From NCBI GenBank assembly GCA_053919585.1, contig CM132827.1: 64,000 nucleotides of DNA; one strand, written 5' to 3'. The stretch is from Euprymna scolopes. Lineage: Eukaryota. The position numbers were made by a program, and so were the translations under genes. The notes under the pieces were generated by a model. That model worked only from the letters and a program-made list of their open reading frames with translations. It ran no database searches and was not told the origin of the DNA. Shown in pieces: positions 41,696 through 53,444 of the stretch; positions within the stretch are counted from its first letter, which is position 1; the number at the start of each line of letters is the position of its first letter.

Positions 41696-42367
41696 TGCAT
41701 ACGTTGGACAGACGTCTCTTAAGAATGGATTGATTGTTCAATAACCGTGTTTGAACAATCTCGTATGTATCAAGTTAGCAAAAGAATACAACATAAAATG
41801 TTTATAAATAGCGTTCAACCGAACGTGTCTCATAAAGTTTTCTTCTTTCGAAAGTTTTGTTTGCTAAAATATGGCTGCAATATCGAAATTATTCAATCGA
41901 GTGATCGGCAGACGAATTCTCCAAGATTTGCACACGACGTGGTCCATTATATTATTTTATCAGTACGGATCGATAGCGGAATTCATCAGTTCTATAAACG
42001 AACAGATGGCGTGGTGGGCCTTTCGGGCATTGTAAATTCAATTTCATTGTCAGCAATAGAATAACAGCAAGTTTACAAGAGAAAAGTACATTAGCTCGGA
42101 GGTAGGTTGATAATGGCGGCGACTTTTATTACGCTCAGTATTATTATAACAACACAACAAGGATTGAATAACAAATGTCGATTTCATGAGTGAATAGGGG
42201 CGGTATTAAGATTTTTAAATGGATGTATAAGTATTTACCAACAATTTGATGCAGTGAATTTGTATTCATCAAGATACGACGAGAGAAGGGTTATCAATTG
42301 AGACATGCTTCAGGAGGTCGAGTAACTCGAGAACAATTATTATTAAGATACGTCCGTTGAATATGCA
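41696..42367. mobile_element. Possible decayed TIR element
   Basis: Imperfect terminal inverted repeats ATGCATACGTTGGACAGACGTCTCTTAA and TTAAGATACGTCCGTTGAATATGCAT. Confidence 0.35.
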
Positions 42368-42451
42368 TATTTGTATTTTATTTTATACTTAGGCGTTACG
42401 GATGAAAGAAAATGACTTTTCACACTTCGGTTTAACAAATCACGAAACAAC

Positions 42452-43494
42452 GCTGTTTAAAATATACTCCATAGATCTAAGAAAATGCTGTTTCAAATAT
42501 ACTTCATAGATCTAAGAAAATGCTATTTAAAATATAATTCATAGACCAATGAAAATGCTATTTAAAATATACTTCATAGATCAATGAAAATGCTGTTTCA
42601 AATATACTTCATAGACCGATGAAAATGCTGTTTAAAATATACTTCAAAGACCAATGAAAATGCTATTTAAAATATACTTCATTGACCAATGAAAATGCTG
42701 TTTCAAATATACTTCATAGACCGATGAAAATGCTATTTATAATATACTTCACATATCAAAGAGAATGCTGTTTCAAAGATATTTCATAGACCAATGAAAA
42801 TGCTATTTAAAATATACTTCATAGACCAATGAAAATGCTATTTAAAATATACTTCATAGACCCATGAAAATGCTGTTTCAAATATACTTCACATATCAAA
42901 GAGAATGCTGTTTCAAATATACTTCACATATAAAAGAGAATGCTGTTTCAAATATACTTCATAGACCAATGAAAATGCTATTTAAAATATACTTCATTGA
43001 CCAATGAAAATGCTGTTTCAAATATACTTCATAGACCGATGAAAATGCTATTTATAATATACTTCACATATCAAAGAGAATGCTGTTTCAAAGATATTTC
43101 ATAGACCAATGAAAATGCTATTTAAAATATACTTCATAGACCAATGAAAATGCTATTTAAAATATACTTCATAGACCCATGAAAATGCTGTTTCAAATAT
43201 ACTTCACATATCAAAGAGAATGCTGTTTCAAATATACTTCACATATAAAAGAGAATGCTGTTTCAAATATACTTCATAGACCAATGAAAATGCTATTTAA
43301 AATATACTTCATTGACCAATGAAAATGCTGTTTCAAATATACTTCATAGACCGATGAAAATGCTATTTATAATATACTTCACATATCAAAGAGAATGCTG
43401 TTTCAAAGATATTTCATAGACCAATGAAAATGCTATTTAAAATATACTTCATAGACCAATGAAAATGCTATTTAAAATATACTTCATTGACCAA
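42452..43494. repeat. 35-bp minisatellite (about 30 copies) with a 315-bp (9-mer) higher-order repeat
   Basis: Unit GAAAATGCT(A/G)TTT(A/C)AAATATACTTCATAGACCAAT. The diagnostic ATTGACC variant recurs at 42681, 42996 and 43311. Confidence 0.97.
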
Positions 43495-43743
43495 CTTAAG
43501 TATGACAAATTTATCAAGTTTTCCATCATCACCCTAGAAACAAAGTATAAGCTAGACATGAAACTGCTTGATCATATTTCAATAGCAGGCTGATGATGAT
43601 CTCCAACAATTCATAAGCAAGACGACACATAACATAGGAAGCATTTTACAATAGCATTTCACAAATTACGGAATATCATTACTAACACAATATTAGCGAT
43701 AAAAATTGCTTCAAAACAAGGATAATTATAGTAAAGTCTATTA

Positions 43744-44589
43744 GAGGGTGGAACGATAAAATCATCGCCCTAGAAAAGACGACATGATTCCATTTCGGTT
43801 TAATGAAAACACGTTTTATTTGTTGTTGATGCAGACCATCTAGTTGGCCAGTTGTGTACAAAATTCCAAGAGTCATAGGAGCAGTCTATCATGTAGTAAA
43901 ATGACACAACGTTCAACGAGCGAGATCGGATATACAGCGCTGTACAGTTCATGCTCTCTACCGATTCAAGTTATGACAACAGAAACATTGCCAGCAAATT
44001 CGGACAGTTCCATACTAGAGGGCTAGCTCAACGTAGTTTCCGGCCACGGTTATGGAGAAGTTTTAAGTGAGGGCCACATCATGTTACCTCACATCTTCAA
44101 AGTCGGCTTAAAAGTCAAAACCAACGTGTACTTAGATGTGCTGAAGAGTGTGGTGATTTCTGGTGTAATCAGGTGACTGCTGGATGTGGCACCAGGACTC
44201 GGCACCGGCCCAGGCTTGGCTTCAGCATGAGTGCAACGACTTTGTACCCTTCTCTCGCTGGCCTCCCTCTTCCCCGGACTTGAACCCGCTGGACTACTTC
44301 GTTTGGTCAGACGTCGAGAACATCACCAACATGACCTCCCACAACACTAAAGCCAGCCTGGCCACCACCATCCGCCGAGTATTCGCCTAGCTCCCACCGT
44401 CGCTTGTGGAAAAGGCATGCTCCAAATTTATAACCCGTATTGCGGCGATGACTGAGGCTGAAGGTTGCTACATTGAATAGACGTCAATTCTACTACACGA
44501 TCAAGTTACCTGAATTTATTTTTTTCAATAAAAGTTTTGAAATAAAGCTGTTGTCTTGTTTTCTTAAGGGTGTCAATTTTATCATTCTA

Positions 44590-44592
<3 letters not shown>
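43744..44592 (+). mobile_element. Internally deleted Tc1/mariner-superfamily transposon (maT/DD37D-like)
   Basis: Remnant W.QDSAPA...WPPSSPDLNPLDYFVW. Imperfect TIRs GGGTGGAACGATAAAAT and ATTTTATCATTCTACC, flanked by TA. Confidence 0.85.
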
Positions 44593-44642
<50 letters not shown>

Positions 44643-44643
<1 letters not shown>

Positions 44644-45435
44644 CGTATATGGCGATTAAGCTACACTGAATATTCCGCGTTTCATCCACTCTAGGACTCT
44701 TCAGGCTTATGCGTGAATTCTGTGGTCGTTTATCGTTTTTATATGCTCCTCTTCTATTGAGATTTTAGTTAGCCAATCAGCTTTCTAGTATCCACCGCGC
44801 CCTTCCTATCAGCCAATGAGCATGCATTTATCAGACAAAGGCTTATTTGGCCTCTGGTTGACCTGTTCCTTTGTGTGTGCTCTATTTAGTTTCTTGATCT
44901 GTTTTAAAACTAGGTTAGTGTGTTTTTTTTAATGTTAGTTTATGTATGAATATATATATATGTACATACATATATGCATATATATATACATATATATATA
45001 TATATACATACATATATGTGTGATCGTTTATGTATATTCTTGTTTATTTAATTTATTAATTTGTTTATTTTCTATTGTTTTTGTGAGTTTTAAAACTATT
45101 TTGTATCGCTATCCTGGAGTAAATTTTATCTTGTTAACACAGTTGTTTGCTATTTCTCTTCTACAGTTTAATAGATGTTGGGGTTCTTTGAAGTACAGGA
45201 TATCAAATTTTTCATGAAGGCATAATCTACATGGGTCGTCTAGGTCTCTACACGTGGTAGCTTGTCTTATTATTTTCTATTCGACTACCGGCGAATGTCC
45301 GCTTACTGTGAGTTTCCAGTATTTATTCGCTAGTGTTGTTTTCATACGGTGTTTTTTTTATTGTTGAATGTACATTTGTGGTCATGGTATCGGGTTTTGA
45401 AATCTAAGGAAGTCATACCTACGTAATATTTCTTG

Positions 45436-45436
<1 letters not shown>
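44643..45436 (-). mobile_element. Penelope-like element 3' fragment (GIY-YIG endonuclease C-terminus plus 3' UTR/pLTR)
   Basis: Minus-strand translation KKYYVGMTSLDFKTRYHDHK...CRLCLHEKFDILYFKEPQHLLNCRREIANNC, with a stop and a frameshift. Has a terminal hammerhead motif and (TA)n on both sides. Confidence 0.85.
44657..44709 (-). ncRNA. Type I hammerhead ribozyme (Penelope-associated)
   Basis: Minus strand reads TAAGC-CTGAAGA-GTCC-TAGAGT-GGAT-GAAA-CGCGGAATATTCAGTG-TA-GCTTA. The core is complete, stems I, II and III can pair, and the cleavage triplet is GUA. Confidence 0.8.
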
Positions 45437-45488
<52 letters not shown>

Positions 45489-45528
45489 TCAGTAAAAAGA
45501 GGAAAAGGAAGGTATAAAATCTATAAAG

Positions 45529-45592
<64 letters not shown>

Positions 45593-45623
45593 ATAAGCGA
45601 TAAAAATAAACAGTATAATTAAT

Positions 45624-45691
45624 CTAGGAATTATGGCCTAACGGTTAAGGCACCGGACTGCGGTAAACATGATCTGAGGTTCGATCCCTAG
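45624..45691 (+). promoter_or_regulatory. tRNA-like SINE head with internal Pol III promoter
   Basis: A-box TGGCCTAACGG (45634-45644), D-arm GCC/GGC, ACCG/CGGT stem, and B-box GGTTCGATCCC (45678-45688). There is no canonical acceptor stem or 7-nt anticodon loop, so it is not a functional tRNA. Confidence 0.75.
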
Positions 45692-45757
45692 AAACAGTTA
45701 AACTACGCTGACGAGAGGTGATGACCTTGAAACACGCGTGTACGTAGATTACTGTTT
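45692..45757 (+). ncRNA. Type I hammerhead ribozyme directly downstream of the tRNA-like head
   Basis: Reads CTACG-CTGACGA-GAGGT-GATG-ACCTT-GAAA-CACGCGTG-TA-CGTAG. Stem I is extended by AAACAGT/ACTGTTT. Predicted cleavage is after A45742 (GUA). Confidence 0.85.
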
Positions 45758-45890
45758 TGAAAATAATAAATAAATAAAAATGTTATATACGTCCAAATTA
45801 AAAAGGGCGACTTTCTTAGTAAATAAAAAAAAATGAGCTCCGAGGCGGAGCAAATATTAACCGTATGTATCGCTTGAAAAATCAACAATA

Positions 45891-45962
<72 letters not shown>

Positions 45963-46038
45963 TTTGTTTGATGAGGGTATACATCAATTGGAAGTTTTGA
46001 GTAAAAAGTAACTCCTTATGCCATGGTAGCTAGAGAAG

Positions 46039-46251
46039 TAGTTGTTAAAACTGGAAAAGAAAAGGACAAGATATTATAGTAAAAAATATAATAAATTTAT
46101 AACTAAAAATATTGCAGCATTAAGAATTCCTTATATAATGTTAAATTGAATTAAAAAAAAAATCCTTAATGCTGCAATATTTTAAGTTATAAATTTATTA
46201 TATTTTTTACTAGAATATTTTGTCCTTTTCTTTTCCAGTTTTAGCAATTAG
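46039..46251. repeat. Long AT-rich inverted repeat (foldback), ~90-bp arms and ~30-bp spacer
   Basis: 46039-46128 is the near reverse complement of 46161-46251. Confidence 0.9.
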
Positions 46252-47279
46252 TCCTTTACTTTTCCATGTTTAAGCTTAACCATATTACTTTTCATGCTCG
46301 CATTTTTCTATTGTAATCCATGATTTTCCAAGCTTCTAGTAAATTCACTTGTTCTTTGTTTAATTTCAGCCTTATTTTGCCCCATAAACATAACATACAC
46401 ATATGTAATAACAATGTACGGCACTCGTCTGCTTTGAATAACCCCCCAATTATCTCCTTTTCATTCCTTCATTCTCTCTGTTTCACTTGTTACTTCTCTT
46501 TTCGTGAAAGCGGTGAATTGGTAACAACAGTAGTCGCTGAAGCGACGTTGTTGCTATGGAAACCAGTCATAAAAAACGTCGCTTTCTTACGTTTTTTTTT
46601 ACGATTTTGAACACCAGTAAATTCATCATAACTTTTGTTTTACTGAACAAAACATGAAAATTAATTTTTCACAATATAGTTGAGAAGGTTATCTATAAAC
46701 TGTAATAATTGTTTAAAAGTTAGTCGAAAATGAGTGAGCGGTGAAGCTTTAAAGCAGATCTAAATGACTAAAACTTCCACTTAAACATAATAGTTTGTAT
46801 ATTGAATTAACAAAGGTATATGGAATTATAAATACTCGTGATCATACATCGCTGTAGTGTTGTATCCTTGTTGTGTTTGTTTTAGGCGTCAAATTTATCG
46901 TTCCACTTTGTACAATACTTTCTGTTCTTTAAACCAATCTGTCATCACGAGACATTATGTTTCTAGCAATTTTAGTTTTCTACAAAAAATAAAAAAATAA
47001 AAAATCTAACGGTACTGACTTTTTAACGTATTTATTGGTATCTACGATCATCGCAGTTGCGTACATGCAGACATATTTTTATGGTTTTCATATAATGATG
47101 CAATGTAGCATGTATGTTATATGTGTTTAAGCAAAATCACTTCATAACAATCTGTGCGGTGTCTTTCTTTTTATTAACTTCGCCGCCCTTTTGAATTAAT
47201 GTTGGTGATCATTTAGAAATCTACTTCCCTTTACCTATTCCATACTGTCACGGTCTCCCACTCGATTCTAATGTCATTA

Positions 47280-48073
47280 TTATTGCCTCACAAGGAGCTT
47301 TCACACAGGTCTTCAGAGATCTTTCCCTGAAAAAAGCCTGCAATGTTCCTTGAAAGCTGAGTGACAACACGTCTCCCAAGGTTTCCATTACTCTCCACCT
47401 CTTTTGATAACATTTGCAAATAAATTGGCATTATCGCAACAGCTGCTTGCCATTGATTTCTCGTTGGCAGCAGCTATTGGTCTTTGCTTGGATTTGAGTG
47501 GCAATAAGCCCCCACCCAAGCCCCAGTACTCTATGCACTTATTCGGCTGAGGTCTGGTTAGTTCATCGGTCTTTCCTTCCTACTTGACTATTTGATTATT
47601 TGGTCTCGCTCTTTTTTTTGAGGGGGGTGATGTAGCAATGGGGCTAGTTTTGGGTTAGAGAATTTATAGATATGCGGTTTTAGTGTTCTTGGTTCCATTT
47701 AGTGTTTCATGTTTTGCCTTTGCAGCAGTTTGTCTGGCCCGCATTTGTCGCTCTTGTGTGTTAGTTTCCACACGCAAGGGTTTTTTCTTAATATTTCAGC
47801 TGTTTTCATGATTGTTGTTCGTTGAATTTTTCCAGTTATTCCTTTGATTCCAATTTCTCCCATTCTTTTTTTCAAAGTTTTTCAGGGTTGTTTCTAGTGC
47901 TCCTACTATTATAGGCATTATTTTGATTTTCTTCATCTTCCATATCCCTTTCAGCTCTCTGACTAGCTTTGTATATTTGCTCCGTTTCTCCTTTTCTTTG
48001 ATATTCACCCAGTGGTCAGCTGGAACAGAAAAGTCTACGATTTCACAGGATTTTTCTTTCTTGTAAATTATTA
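47280..48073 (-). mobile_element. R4/Dong-like (RLE-endonuclease) LINE 3' fragments
   Basis: Translation VNIKEKEKRSKYTKLVRELKGIWKMKKIKIMPIIVGALET. The 3' UTR block at 47280-47530 is shared with 55525-55715. Confidence 0.75.
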
Positions 48074-48271
48074 NNNNNNNNNNNNNNNNNNNNNNNNNNN
48101 NNNNNNNNNNNNNNNNNNNNNNNNNNNNNNNNNNNNNNNNNNNNNNNNNNNNNNNNNNNNNNNNNNNNNNNNNNNNNNNNNNNNNNNNNNNNNNNNNNNN
48201 NNNNNNNNNNNNNNNNNNNNNNNNNNNNNNNNNNNNNNNNNNNNNNNNNNNNNNNNNNNNNNNNNNNNNNN
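48074..48271. other. Assembly gap (N run)
   Basis: 198 N. Confidence 1.
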
Positions 48272-48496
48272 TTGGATGATTTTAGTTGGATTTTGTTCCT
48301 TGAACATCAGATGAATAGTTTTGCTTTTAGACATTCAAACTGTACCTTAATACCTTCGTTGTTCCTAACAGGCAAAGCCTTTGCAAAATTAGAACAGAAA
48401 ATGTCTCGTTGATTTGATTAAGCCAAATATGGTGTTTTTCGTTATGGTTCCAAGCGTTACAATTACAATGGGCATCACCTTAACATCTTTTAATTT

Positions 48497-48845
48497 CTTG
48501 TTGTTGGCATCCATCAGTCTAGAAGACTCTGCCGTTGCGCCTGTAGAGGTAAATAGGCTTATTGAGTCATAAACCTATTTTCGATCTACATTGTCGGCTG
48601 CAGACGTCGCAAGTGAGGGTCGGTGCGTTTTGTTGGTGATCTGTTGAATTTTGTTGACTGGCCTTCTTGAATATTCTTTTGATCTCCGCATGTTTTGCGA
48701 TAGACCTTTCGCTAGTGGTCAGGCTTTTGGTTACCGTTTGTCTTCAGATGCTGCTTTGGGCTCAGAGCTGGTAGGGTCAATATCCCATGCATTCATGTCG
48801 CGTTTGCACACGTCGACATAGCGGAGGTAAAGACGACCAACTTTT
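48497..48845 (-). mobile_element. RTE-clade LINE 3' fragment
   Basis: Translation GRLYLRYVDVCKRDMNAWDID, a decayed C..C.SKIGL motif, and a GACTGATGGATGCCAACAACAA tail. Confidence 0.7.
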
Positions 48846-48849
48846 GCCA

Positions 48850-49199
48850 TCTTAACATTTCCATAGTCTTATTCGCGTTTAAGATCTTGATATTTATTGG
48901 TTTATCCATATTCTTTCTCTTGCATTCTGGTATCAAAAGCAAAATCTATGTCAATGATTGAGCAAGTTCTGTTGGTTTTGTGTAGAAAAATCATGCCAGG
49001 TTTGTAATTTTCAAGAACATTATCAATTTGTATGCGAATATCCCAAAGAATTTTGACATTGTCGTTTCATTGTATTACTTCTAGTTTATGTTCATACAAT
49101 TTCCCATTGTGTTTTAATTCATAGAGGTTGCATATATTTCAATGTAGGACCTGCGCGAATTTGTCATGTCTCAATTTTTTATATTGATGCCGAGCTAGC
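48850..49199 (-). mobile_element. RLE LINE fragment, part downstream of the Gypsy insertion
   Basis: Translation RHDKFAQVLH...VKILWDIRIQID...IIDI. Continues in frame from 53450-53540 once the LTR element is removed. Confidence 0.8.
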
Positions 49200-49498
49200 T
49201 GTGGGGAAATCCGTAACGTACCTGAATAGCACGAGTTTCGTGTTTGCTTTTCCTCTAAGAAAAAAAAAAGTTAAAATGTCGACGTGACATTTATATGTAT
49301 GATGGTCATGCGAATTTACTTGTGAGATATGCAAATTATAGGCGAGGGAGTCTGTTGAACGAGTATAAAAGAGGAAGGGAAAGGAACCACCGGCGAGTGG
49401 GGAGAAAGCGTGTTGGGAGGACGCGTGTCGAAACTGCAAATTGAAATTAAATTAAAAAAGACAGAACAACAAATTTGACTCGGTTCAAATACTGTAGA
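49200..49498 (+). repeat. 5' LTR
   Basis: TGTGGGGAAATCCGTAAC...GGTTCAAATACTGTAGA, a diverged direct repeat of 53147-53444. Contains TATAAAA. Confidence 0.9.
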
Positions 49499-49530
49499 AG
49501 CTATTTCGGCCTTTTATATCACCGTTCGGT

Positions 49531-52500
49531 CATGGAAACCAAGATGGTTGATTCCAGAATTTAGTGGTGCTGCCGCCGATATGCACATTATCGAGTGGAT
49601 TGAAAATGTGGAGATTGTGTGTGAGCTTTGTACCATCAAAAATGTTGAGCGCGTCGTGCCATTGAGACTACGAGGTGGCGCTCTGACCATATACAGGCAA
49701 CTTAGTATCGAGCAGAAAGCGGATGCAGAACAAAAGCAAGTCCTTATAACCGTGTATGCTACTGATGCATTTAATGCATATGACAAGTTTGTTACTCGAC
49801 AACTTCGTCCTAACGAGACGGTGGACGAGTTTTCTGCTGAGTTGCGAACCCTGGCCCGGTTGGTTGGAGGTGGGGGGGAGTCTGTTGCCCGAATGTTGGC
49901 TAACGTGTGCATTTGTGTCTGAACTACGGCAACATGTTAAACATGTATTACGTGCCTAATCCAGGATAGAAACAATGAGTGTGAAACAACTGTTGACCCG
50001 AACAAGACCTATCATGATTGACCACGACGGCCCTGCAGAATTGGTTGCTACTACGTCTGCCAGACGATCACCTACATAATCAAATCTTCACTGTGATGAT
50101 GAAAAATTTGTTTGATACAGGTGTGGTGGTCCCAGCCACTTGGCGAGTGGCTGCTTACAGAATCGCCAAAAGAGGTTGAACAGTCGGGCGTGCAAAGTCC
50201 GTCGTGAGATACGTTGCTTCAGATGCAGTGACCTTGGACATATATCATCACGGTGTCAGGGAAACGTCGAAGGAGAGGAGGCAGCAGCATTACTCTCCTT
50301 TCCGGCAAACTAAACACTGAGACTCTTCCCTCCATGAAAGTACGTGTAGATGGGCAAGAGTGTACGGCGTTAATTGATTCCGGGTGTTCACAGAATTTAG
50401 TGAGTAAAGCTGTGTGTTGCTTTTGGAAGCGGATGTCACTAGGAGTACTGGCAGCTGACGGAAGGACACTGAATTGCCAAGTATACGGCAGAGTAAATGT
50501 AGAGGTTGGTCGAGTTCCGCTGTCGGCATTGAGGCCTTGATCGTGGATAAGCACTGTTGGGTTTTGATCTACTGCTGGGATTTGATGCCATCAGAAAACT
50601 CGATGGAGTTCATTTCACGGAATCAGGCAGAAGCACGTTTTGGAAGCTTAAACAAATGTGCTGCCATCTCTATCGACGAGCCGGACTTTAACGTGACTTA
50701 TGATCGCATTAATAAAGAATGGACTGCATCGTGGAAATTGGCAAATGGTTGCTCTCCCAGTAAATTGAATAACAGTGTGCAAGAATGCCTTGTCATGCCA
50801 AAGATGCCTATGAGAAAGAAATTCAACGGTGGCAGCAGAATGGATGTAATGCCATATTCAAAAGAAGAACTTGGCCCGCCCAAAGGCCCAATTCTCCTAA
50901 TGGCGGTCGTACAGTAGCAGAAGCACAAGGTACGTCCAGTTCTTGATTACCGGAAATTGAACGAATGTGTGGATGCTTTCACTGCCAATGCGGAAGTGTA
51001 CGCACAGAAACTAAGAAAGTGGCGGCGACAAGGAATTAATGTTTCGCTTATGGATCTGCGGAATGCATATCTTCAAATTCATGCTGACATAGCATTATGG
51101 CCATTTTCAACAGTAATTTTTAGGGGCCAGCGCTTTTGTCTCACGCGATTGGGATTCGGACTGGATATGGCGCCACTTATGAAGTCTGTAATGGACGCAA
51201 CCATATCTCAGAACCATGCAATCAAAAATGCCCCATCAGCATATGTGGATGATATTTTCATTAATGAAAGTGTAGTTCCTGCGTCACTCGCGCAACAACA
51301 TTTTTAGACTATGGTTGGTTTCCAAGGATCCGGTACAACTGAAAGACGGAGCCAGAGTTCTGGATTTGCAAGTCTGGGAGAAAGATGGCACACAGCAATG
51401 GAAACAAGGAAGTCCAATTCTAGGAATCCCCGATGAATTGACCAATCGACGCGTATTTTCTCTTTGTGGGAAACTCGTTGGGCATTTTTTTATGCAGATG
51501 GCTCCGGGTGGCAGTCGCATTTATAAAGCGCCTAGCAACTGCAGTATCGAAAGGCTGGGATGATAGAATAAAAAATGCATTTCTTTATCACATGTTGACA
51601 GAAACTGTGAGCAAAGTACCAGAAGCGGATCCCGTTGGAGCAGCCTGGTGCATGGACGGCAAAGAGGCTAACTACTGGGTGGATGCAAGTTCAGTGGCAT
51701 TGGAGGTGAATGGAACGGTCATTGAGGGTGCGTGTTGGCTACGTCCTACTAACAACGATCAACACATCAATCTAGCTGAACTTGGCGCAGCACTCAAAGG
51801 AATCAATTTGGCCCTTCAGTGGAAGGCAACAGTGTTACACTTAGTTACCGATTCGGTGTGCGTCCACCGATGGATCTCTGACACTTCGACTGGGAAAGCG
51901 CGTGTGAACACGAAAGCAGCTGGTGAAATGCTCATCAGGCAACGGTTAGAAACTTTGAAATCACTGGTAAACCAATATGAATTGTCCATCGTGAAGTCCT
52001 ATCAGAATCACGCAGATAGTCTCAGCAGAGTGCCACGCAGGCGGACGGATCTACTCAAGGAAGGAATAGAGCCGGTGCTTGGGAGTTGCGCAGCAGTAAG
52101 ACAACTGGATGGGAACGAGGTGGCTGATATCCATCATCAAAGTAGACATCCAGGAGTAAAACGAACTCTATATTTTGCCAAGATGGTGGACCCGCAAGTG
52201 TCCAAAAAGACTGCTAAATCTGTCGTGAAAGCATGCGAAACATGTCGATATATAGATCCAACACCTGTGCGCTGGAAAAGGAAAAATTGGTGTAAAGAAC
52301 AACTGGGACAGACTGGCAATGGACGTAAACCACCACAATGACTGTGCCCCCCACCTAGATTTGCAATCTGGTGACCACTACATTGGACAGATGCAACCAC
52401 TATAATTCGACAGTTGGAGAGTATTTTCTTGATCGAGGCCCACCGACGGAAATACTGACCGACAACGCTATTGCTTTCACCAGTAAGGAGTTTGCAAATA

Positions 52501-53000
52501 TTTGGGACATACGTCTTCGAGTTTGATGTGCGTACTCACCAAGTGAAAATGGTGTTATAGAACGAAGCCATAAAACTATTAAGACCATCGCGGCCAGAAA
52601 AAAAATGTTCAACACTGGAGGCGATCTACTGGCACAACGTCACTCCAAAGGATGACGTTTCATCTTTCACCGCACTAGGGAACGTACGACATAGATATCG
52701 TGTACGATCAAAGGTATCGAAGCTAACCCACTGTCCAAACCACAAGTGACTGGAGGGAAGTATGAAAAAGGAGACATCGTTTGGGTTAAAAAATCCACGC
52801 AGCAGGTGCACAACGAAATATAACACTGGTTGGGTTACTGAAGTGATCAGCCTGCAGTCTTTGAAAGTTGATGGGGTGCCTAGGCACGTTAAAGACCTCC
52901 GATCAGTAACCTGGATGCACTAGTCAAGTGATGAAAGTGATTCTGAGGACAGTGAGCGGCTAATCTATTTTAATTCAGATCCGCTTGAGAATGATTCTGA
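49531..53000 (+). pseudogene. Disrupted gag-pol of the Gypsy element
   Basis: Fragmented ORFs 49548-49922 (gag), 50253-50540 (protease), 50957-51307 (RT) and 51466-52341 (RNase H and integrase N-terminus). Confidence 0.9.
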
Positions 53001-53146
53001 TGCAACTTCCCAACTGATAAGGTGTCTACTGAAAGCCCACCCACAGACGAGCGTACGCACGAAAGTCAGGCTAGCGTTATTCTTCTTCGACGAAGTACTT
53101 GACAGAGACAGATACTACCTCCCTGCCATGAGATCAGGGAGGGGGA

Positions 53147-53444
53147 TGTGGGAAAAATCGTAACTTACCTGAATAGCATGAGTTTCATTTTTTTTTTTCT
53201 CTAAGAAAAAGAAAGTTAAAATTCCAACGTGCCATTTATATCTATGGCGGTCATACAAATTTACGTGTGAGATATGCAAGTAAGAGGCGATGGTGTTTGT
53301 TGAACGGGTATAAAAGAGGAAGGGAAAGGAACCACCGGCGAGTGGGAAGAGAGCGTGTTGGGAGAACGTGTGTCAAAACGAAACTATTGAAACTAAATCA
53401 GAAAAGACAGAACAACAAATTTGACTCGGTTCAAATACTGTTGA
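53147..53444 (+). repeat. 3' LTR
   Basis: TGTGGGAAAAATCGTAAC...GGTTCAAATACTGTTGA, immediately after the polypurine tract. Confidence 0.9.

Larger units (their letters stand above)
44593..45958. repeat. Cluster of (TA)n microsatellites
   Basis: (TA)n at about 44593-44642, 45437-45484, 45531-45590 and 45897-45958. Others lie at 37501-37545 and 37631-37661. Confidence 0.95.
49200..53444 (+). mobile_element. Full-length decayed Ty3/Gypsy LTR retrotransposon with 5-bp TSD CTAGC
   Basis: Two LTRs, a polypurine tract AGGGAGGGGGA (53136-53146), and CTAGC at 49195-49199 and 53445-53449. Domain order is gag (CFRCSDLGHISSRC), protease (LIDSG), RT (YVDD), RNase H (WVDAS), integrase (H..HPG..C..C; LTDN; NGVIERSH). 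Many stops and frameshifts. Confidence 0.95.

Noticed and set aside
45624-45691. Functional tRNA gene
   Set aside because: The anticodon loop and acceptor stem are non-canonical, so it is better explained as a SINE head.
47290-47320. Other CTGANGA...GAAA matches (here and at about 60714) as hammerheads
   Set aside because: Stems I-III cannot be formed.
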